A stretch of DNA of 56,362 nt, filler included, from Piptocephalis cylindrospora (Eukaryota): assembly GCA_003614145.1 (NCBI GenBank). It is 3 parts of 3 records of this genome, joined end to end, with 100 filler letters (N's around TTAATTAATTAA, not from the genome) between each part and the next. Parts side by side here need not be neighbours in the genome. Positions count along the whole stretch, not along the records: positions 37,654 to 56,362 come from KZ987832.1; 2 more parts are not named here. The stretch is one strand, 5' to 3'. Shown piece by piece: positions 50,871 through 56,362 of the stretch. The translations under genes were made by a program, and so were the position numbers. Position 1 is the stretch's first letter, and every line of letters starts with the position of its first letter. The notes under the pieces are model-generated. The model was not told the DNA's origin, did no database searches, and saw only the letters and a list, made by a program, of their open reading frames with translations.

Positions 50871-51368
50871 ATGACCAAGCTACATATCATTGAATTTCAT
50901 CCACAAGGCATTCATCCCCTTCCGCCCATGTTCCATAGAGTATGGAGGGTCGCTGCCAGTACTTTACCCTTTTGGAAGGATTGATGGGATGGCCAGGTGA
51001 AGTATGAGTCTATGCCAGACGGAAGAACGCTTAACACGATGCAGTACATGACAAAGGATGAGAGCAAGTGGAAGGAGGTGAAAGGTGTGGACCGGATGGA
51101 ACAAGGACAAGGAGAATGTGTATGGAGGGACTCAGGGCTCCTGTACCCACTGATCAGTCGATGGAGGGTTCTTGCCCTGACCGATACGTATGCCGTCACA
51201 TACTTTTCTTCAACCATATTTACACCCAAAGGCATGGACACTTATCGTCGTGCCGGAACGGAGGGAATTAATCCGGAGAAGATGATTGCCCAGGTCGAAG
51301 CAAAGCACCCCGAGTTTAAAGGGGAGATTTTCCCATTGAAGCAATCCACCTTTGTAGGAAGTCAGTGA
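50871..51368 (+). pseudogene. Lipocalin-like beta-barrel protein with an in-frame TGA at 50982-50984
   Basis: A single frame MTKLH...WRVAASTLPFWKD*WDGQVKYE...VKGVD...SRWRVL...VTYFSSTIFTPKGMD, with family-like motifs on both sides of the stop. Confidence 0.65.
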
Positions 51369-51497
51369 AGAGGGAAAGTGATGGTGGGTATGAAAAGTGG
51401 AAAGTATATAAAGAGAAGAGTGTAGTAAATCAATACACTTTTCAAAAGAGTAATGCTACTTGTGCTATTACATGAGGACATGGATCATCATCTCACT

Positions 51498-52334
51498 TCA
51501 CCTTCCTTGGGCCTGGCCGGAAATGTACCAAAAGTATAGGAGCATACCTGAGGCAAGGATGACCACTAATGGAATAATGGGTAATTAAAACATTAGAATC
51601 ACGGCCCGCATAATTTACCCCACCCTATCCCCATCGCACTAACAGGTAATGGCAATGGAGCTGATCCGCCGATCTCTACGAAATTGACGTTCCCGAAGAC
51701 ACTCGAGTCGATGTTCCAGGGTCTTGACCTAACGGAAGACACACGAATATCAGTAGGAGAAAATACTGCTGCAAGTTACAATCAGGGAAAAGCTGACCAA
51801 TTCACCCCCGGATTGGATTTCCCCCTGCTTTTGATCAAAGGCTCGACGGATCAGGCTAGAGAGGCCTCGAGCCTCCTGGGTCTCTCCATCCATCTCATGG
51901 ACTTGGGATCGTAAGAGTCGACACTGGTCAGAGGCTTCCATGATCTGTTCCTTTAGAACTTGTTCGGCCTCATCCATACTCTGGAGCTTCTGGGTACATT
52001 GGTACATCTGTTCCTGGCGCCCATGGATCTGGGTCTTGAGCCGTGCCACCTCCTCCTCCCTGGCCACACACAGAGCCTCCAGCCGGGTGTGAAGGGCGGC
52101 CATGACCCGGACATTGGCATCTCCCTCGATCCCTAGCTCGGGGGTCCATACCGAAGGAGCCTTGAGCCCTCCACCCCCAGGTCCCCGTCCCGTCCGACGT
52201 AGATGGGGTGAGGAAACGGCGATACCTTCGTCCATGAGATTTCCAAGGCTCTCCAAAGTCCCTTCCCCCGAGCTTAATTTGCCACTTTTACGAAGCACAC
52301 CCGAGCCAAAGGACGAAGTGTTTAGAGAAGACAT
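51498..52334 (-). CDS. Tail-anchored coiled-coil protein, 3 exons
   Basis: A coiled coil spliced through GTCAGC..TAG and GTTAGT..TAG introns to VKTLEHRLECLRERQFRRDRR-ISSIAITLVILASGMLLYFWYI-SGQAQGR*. Confidence 0.65.
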
Positions 52335-52817
52335 GGTGGGAGAGGGAAAAGGGAAAAGGATAGGAGAGAGCAGCGCTTTGAGCCCTAGCAGTATCTTACC
52401 TCCTGACAGGCCAGGCCAATATATGGATCATCAAAGCCCTTTATGCAGGGGAGGAAGAAAAGGGCACACAGCACAGCACAAGCACGGGATCAAGCCAGAA
52501 ATGTAAGGGCATCATCATCATTAGAGAGAGATGAGAAGTTGACAAGCAAGCACCTGACAAGACATACACATATCAACTCCCACGACAGGACCCATCATCA
52601 GGGATCGACAACAGCTCACATCAAGGCAAAACACATCAAGTTTGAAAAATCTCAGATCCATTTCAACATACTGTCATCGCCACACTACACTCCGAAAAAC
52701 CAGGGGGAAGCAAGCACAACAAGCATGAGAAACGGGACGACGCGCGTAAAGGCAAGGGACACACAGAACGTGCGGAATGGACGGGAGGACAAGGGTAAGA
52801 GATGAGCATAAAGCTGT

Positions 52818-54194
52818 TTACTTCTTGACGGCCTTGACAGCAGACTTGGTGGCCTTGCTGCTCTTCTCGACCTTCTCGACGGCCTTGATGACACCGACGG
52901 CGACGGTCTGACGCATATCACGGACGGCAAAACGACCAAGAGGGGGGTACTCAGTGAAGGTCTCGACGCACATGGGCTTGGAGGGAGTCATCTTGACGAT
53001 GGCGGCGTCACCAGACTTGACGAACTTGGGGGCATCCTCAATGGACTTACCGGTACGGCGATCGATCTTCTCGATGAGCTCGGTAAACTTGCAGGCAATA
53101 TGGGCAGTGTGGCAATCAAGGACGGGAGCGTAACCAGCGGAAATCTGACCGGGGTGGTTAAGGACAATAACCTGGGCGGTGAAGGAACCGGCCTCCTTAG
53201 CGGGATCGTGCTTGGAGTCGGAGCAGACGTTACCACGACGGATGTCCTTGACGGAGACGTTCTTGACGTTGAAGCCAACGTTGTCACCGGGCATACCCTC
53301 GGGGATCTGTTCGTGATGCATCTCGACGGACTTGACCTCAGTGGTCACACCAGCGGGGGCAAAGGCAACGACCATACCGGGCTTGATGACACCAGTCTCG
53401 ACACGGCCAACGGGCACAGTGCCGATACCACCAATCTTGTAGACATCCTGGAGGGGAAGACGAAGGGGCTTGTCGGTGGGACGGGTGGGGGGGTCAATAG
53501 CATCAATGGCATCGAGGAGGGTCTTGCCGGACTTGGCGCCAGCCTTGGTCTCCTTGTTCCAGCCCTTGTACCAGGGCATGTTCTCGGAAGCGTCGAGCAT
53601 GTTGTCGCCGTGCCAGCCGGAGATGGGGACGAAGGCAACGGTCTTGGGGTTGTAACCGATCTTCTTGATGTAGTTGGAGACCTCCTTGACAATCTCCTTG
53701 AAACGATCCTCGGACCACTTGGCAGTGTCCATCTTGTTGACGGCAACGATGAGCTGACGGACACCAAGGGTGAAAGCAAGAAGAGCGTGCTCACGGGTCT
53801 GACCGTCCTTGGAGATACCGGCCTCGAACTCACCAGTACCACCGGCAATGATGAGAATGGCGCAATCAGCCTGGGAGGTACCAGTGATCATGTTCTTGAT
53901 GAAATCACGATGTCCGGGGGCATCAATGACGGTGACCTGGTACTTGGGGGTCTCGAACTTCCAGAGAGCGATATCAATGGTGATACCACGCTCACGCTCG
54001 GCCTTGAGCTTGTCAAGAACCCAGGCGTACTTGAAGGAACCCTTACCGAGCTCAGCGGCCTCCTTCTCGAACTTCTCGATGGTACGCTTGTCAATACCTC
54101 CGCACTTGTAGATCAAGTGACCGGTGGTGGTAGACTTGCCGGAATCGACGTGACCGATGACGACGACGTTAACGTGACCCTTCTCTTTACCCAT
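52818..54194 (-). CDS. TEF1: Translation elongation factor 1-alpha, intronless CDS
   Basis: [25 protein letters not shown], full 458 aa, strong codon bias. Confidence 0.99.
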   Translation of the reverse strand: MGKEKGHVNVVVIGHVDSGKSTTTGHLIYKCGGIDKRTIEKFEKEAAELGKGSFKYAWVLDKLKAERERGITIDIALWKFETPKYQVTVIDAPGHRDFIKNMITGTSQADCAILIIAGGTGEFEAGISKDGQTREHALLAFTLGVRQLIVAVNKMDTAKWSEDRFKEIVKEVSNYIKKIGYNPKTVAFVPISGWHGDNMLDASENMPWYKGWNKETKAGAKSGKTLLDAIDAIDPPTRPTDKPLRLPLQDVYKIGGIGTVPVGRVETGVIKPGMVVAFAPAGVTTEVKSVEMHHEQIPEGMPGDNVGFNVKNVSVKDIRRGNVCSDSKHDPAKEAGSFTAQVIVLNHPGQISAGYAPVLDCHTAHIACKFTELIEKIDRRTGKSIEDAPKFVKSGDAAIVKMTPSKPMCVETFTEYPPLGRFAVRDMRQTVAVGVIKAVEKVEKSSKATKSAVKAVKK

Positions 54195-54208
54195 TGTGAT
54201 TGGATGTG

Positions 54209-54526
54209 CTATTGATGAAATAGAAATGGTGGTGGGGAGATGAGATGAGATCAGACGAGATGAGGAAATGGTGGCTGGATTTAGGGAAGAAGCGGACGTG
54301 GTGCATCCGTTCTATAACCAGACCAAGGGGTGCGCGCGAGGTAAAGCCCCGTATCCTATCCATTCTCGGATGGATGGATGGATAGGTGGTAGGTAGATAG
54401 ATGGATGGATGGACAAAAGTATCGGTCGATCCCGAAGACAGCGTTGAAACCAACCATGTCTCCATCCATCCATCCATCCATCCTTATTCGTTCCGTGACA
54501 GACGATAGATGAGAAGAGTAGCTTAC
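54209..54526 (-). other. TEF1 5'UTR intron (318 nt) with inverted (GGAT)n arrays
   Basis: CAG|GTAAGC donor and a polypyrimidine AATAG acceptor 14 nt before the ATG. Confidence 0.75.
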
Positions 54527-55086
54527 CTGTTAGGCGTCAAGTGAGGTTGGTGGAATGGAGGGGGGGGGAGATGCTCGCACAAAGAACTGTGTGGCTAGAC
54601 AGATGAGGAGAAGAGGAAGGAAACCAGGGTGGGCGGAGAGGGGGATGGCTGGGATGGGGGATGTCCCTTTATACCTGTTGTCCTTGGTCTGGTGTGTGTG
54701 GACGCGTACGCCTGTCGGTATCTGCGTATGGTGGCTCACTGTGTGTCTTCTTGCTCACCTACTGTGAAGATGGCTGTGATGGGAAACCTCATACAGCACA
54801 CGCGCGCACGCCCTCCTAAGAAAGTAAGGGAATGTGTGTGCCCTCACTTTTTTCCTCCTCCATCGCTCATTGTGGATATGTGTGTGGGGGGAGGGGATGA
54901 TCCGTGGTCTTCACCCGTCTCTCCCTCACCATACAGGCTCAAACAAAAGAAAAATGAGACAATGAGACACGGCCCTTCACCTGACCTTACCCGTCAGGGC
55001 ACTGCCAAGCGGAATTGCCACAATGGGGGGGACCCACAGTATCTCTTAGAAGGTACTGGAGCCGCCCTTCTGGGCTGGATGATTCT

Positions 55087-55148
55087 GTATGTATGTATGT
55101 ATGTATGTATGTATGTATGTATGTATGTATGTGTGTGTGTATGTGTGT
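55087..55148. repeat. (GTAT)n/(GT)n microsatellite
   Basis: Read directly from the sequence. Confidence 0.95.
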
Positions 55149-56170
55149 AAAGGCTCGTCATCGTTGGCCCTCCCCAAAAAACGCTGCGCCAAATTTGACC
55201 GTGCCTGGTCTCACTTGACCAATCTGGTATCACCCATTTTTTCCTCTTACTCTGGCCCTTTCCTTCCTCCTCCCAGTCTCTGCACTTTTCCCGCGTGTGA
55301 TTGGAGGAGGGAAAGGATTAAGCGTGGGCCTAGTCATTCTCTGATGGACAAGCAGATGAGCCCTAAACCCATGCAAGATAGGGAAACGGGGATGACAGGG
55401 TGTCTCATGTCCTCTGAGAGGAGATGGGGTAATGAGGGAGAACCCTGAAAGATGAGGTGGCTAATGATCTTCCTTAGACGATGCATCGACCCGGACGGAC
55501 ATATTCATCCCAAAGGAAGAGGATAGGAAAGAAAGGGGCTCGATTATGATTATGATTATTCAACAGCACTAACAGTTCACGAGTGATAGCATGAATACAA
55601 ATAAAGAAATGAACGAAGGTAATAAAAGGAATGAGATTGGAAAATAAGTCGCAATAGTATCCATTTCTTTGATCCATTAAATCATTATAGAAGGATAATG
55701 TTGAATAATCCCTCCCATTCATGATACTAATAATAATCATCATCATCATTTCCAAGCCTAATAATAATATCAGCTAGATGAAAAGGAACTATGAAAAAAG
55801 CGCCTGCTAGTTAAGGCCCATAACATAAAGCATTCATTAATATCTGCATTCGCTTCCTCTGAGGCATAACACATTAAAGGTCGTCACGAAGTACAATGCT
55901 AGAATAAGAGGACAATGAGTTTACGAGCAAGAAATCACGATGCATGTGATGTGGCGCGGTGCTGAGTGTGAGGGGATTTTCCATAATGTAATTATTTGAA
56001 TAATTCAGATTTTTTTTACCGAACGCATTCTCCCTTTGCTTCCGCTGCTTTATCTGGTCAATAGCTTTATCGAGGTCCCTTCACAACCACTAGTATCCTC
56101 TCTCCCCCCCTACCCTTCCCTTACCACTTTCTCGGATATCCTTGCGCGTGAGAGACAGAGAGAAAAAGCA

Positions 56171-56362
56171 ATGTCTTCCGCTCTCCGGACCCTTCGTTCC
56201 TTCCTGAGGATGGGTCAATCGGTAAGCGTGATGTTCATCTAGGGCTCGGAAGGGGTTTGAGAGGGGGGAAGATGAGAAGGGGCTGGACTAGAGACGCGAC
56301 TGGCAAGGACTGCGCGTATCCCATATCTTCTGTTTATCTTACAGGACCTTTTATCCCCCCTG
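56171..56362 (+). CDS. 5' end of a spliced gene truncated by the contig end, possibly an NDUFA12-like or other mitochondrial protein
   Basis: MSSALRTLRSFLRMGQS, then a GTAAGC..ACAG intron (56222-56344). Too short to identify. Confidence 0.4.

Noticed and set aside
50982..50984. TGA as selenocysteine
   Set aside because: Not a Cys or redox position, and no SECIS is evident in the short 3' region.
53100..54215. 371-aa antisense ORF over TEF1
   Set aside because: A typical codon-bias shadow ORF of a highly expressed gene.

Overview
Fungal nuclear DNA with short GT-AG introns and an EF-1alpha carrying the opisthokont insertion. It looks like an early-diverging fungus, possibly from an amplified or single-cell assembly, but that is inference. 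The window is not one locus. Two artificial 100-nt linkers (N44-TTAATTAATTAA-N44) join three contigs of nearly equal, descending length (18741, 18712, 18709 bp), so gene order across the linkers means nothing. Contig 1 holds a 7TM gene split by an inversion, OCT1, tRNA-Leu(UAG), a BI-1-like gene, a DUF3712 gene, an ABCB1 transporter, a Cys-rich small protein and a SAM methyltransferase. Contig 2 holds FHIP/FAM160, an unknown S/P-rich gene, a 270-bp foldback, TAF2 with five bromodomains and a double-PHD MYST acetyltransferase. Contig 3 holds a partial ADCK kinase, TDG, PYM1, a Pho80-type cyclin, MTD1, SWD1, NSE3, COX17, a lipocalin-like gene with an in-frame TGA, a tail-anchored coiled-coil gene and TEF1. 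No CRISPR array or intact transposon was seen, and I cannot claim a clearly new system. The best leads are the two reader-fused chromatin proteins, the hidden 7TM gene and several candidate structured RNAs.
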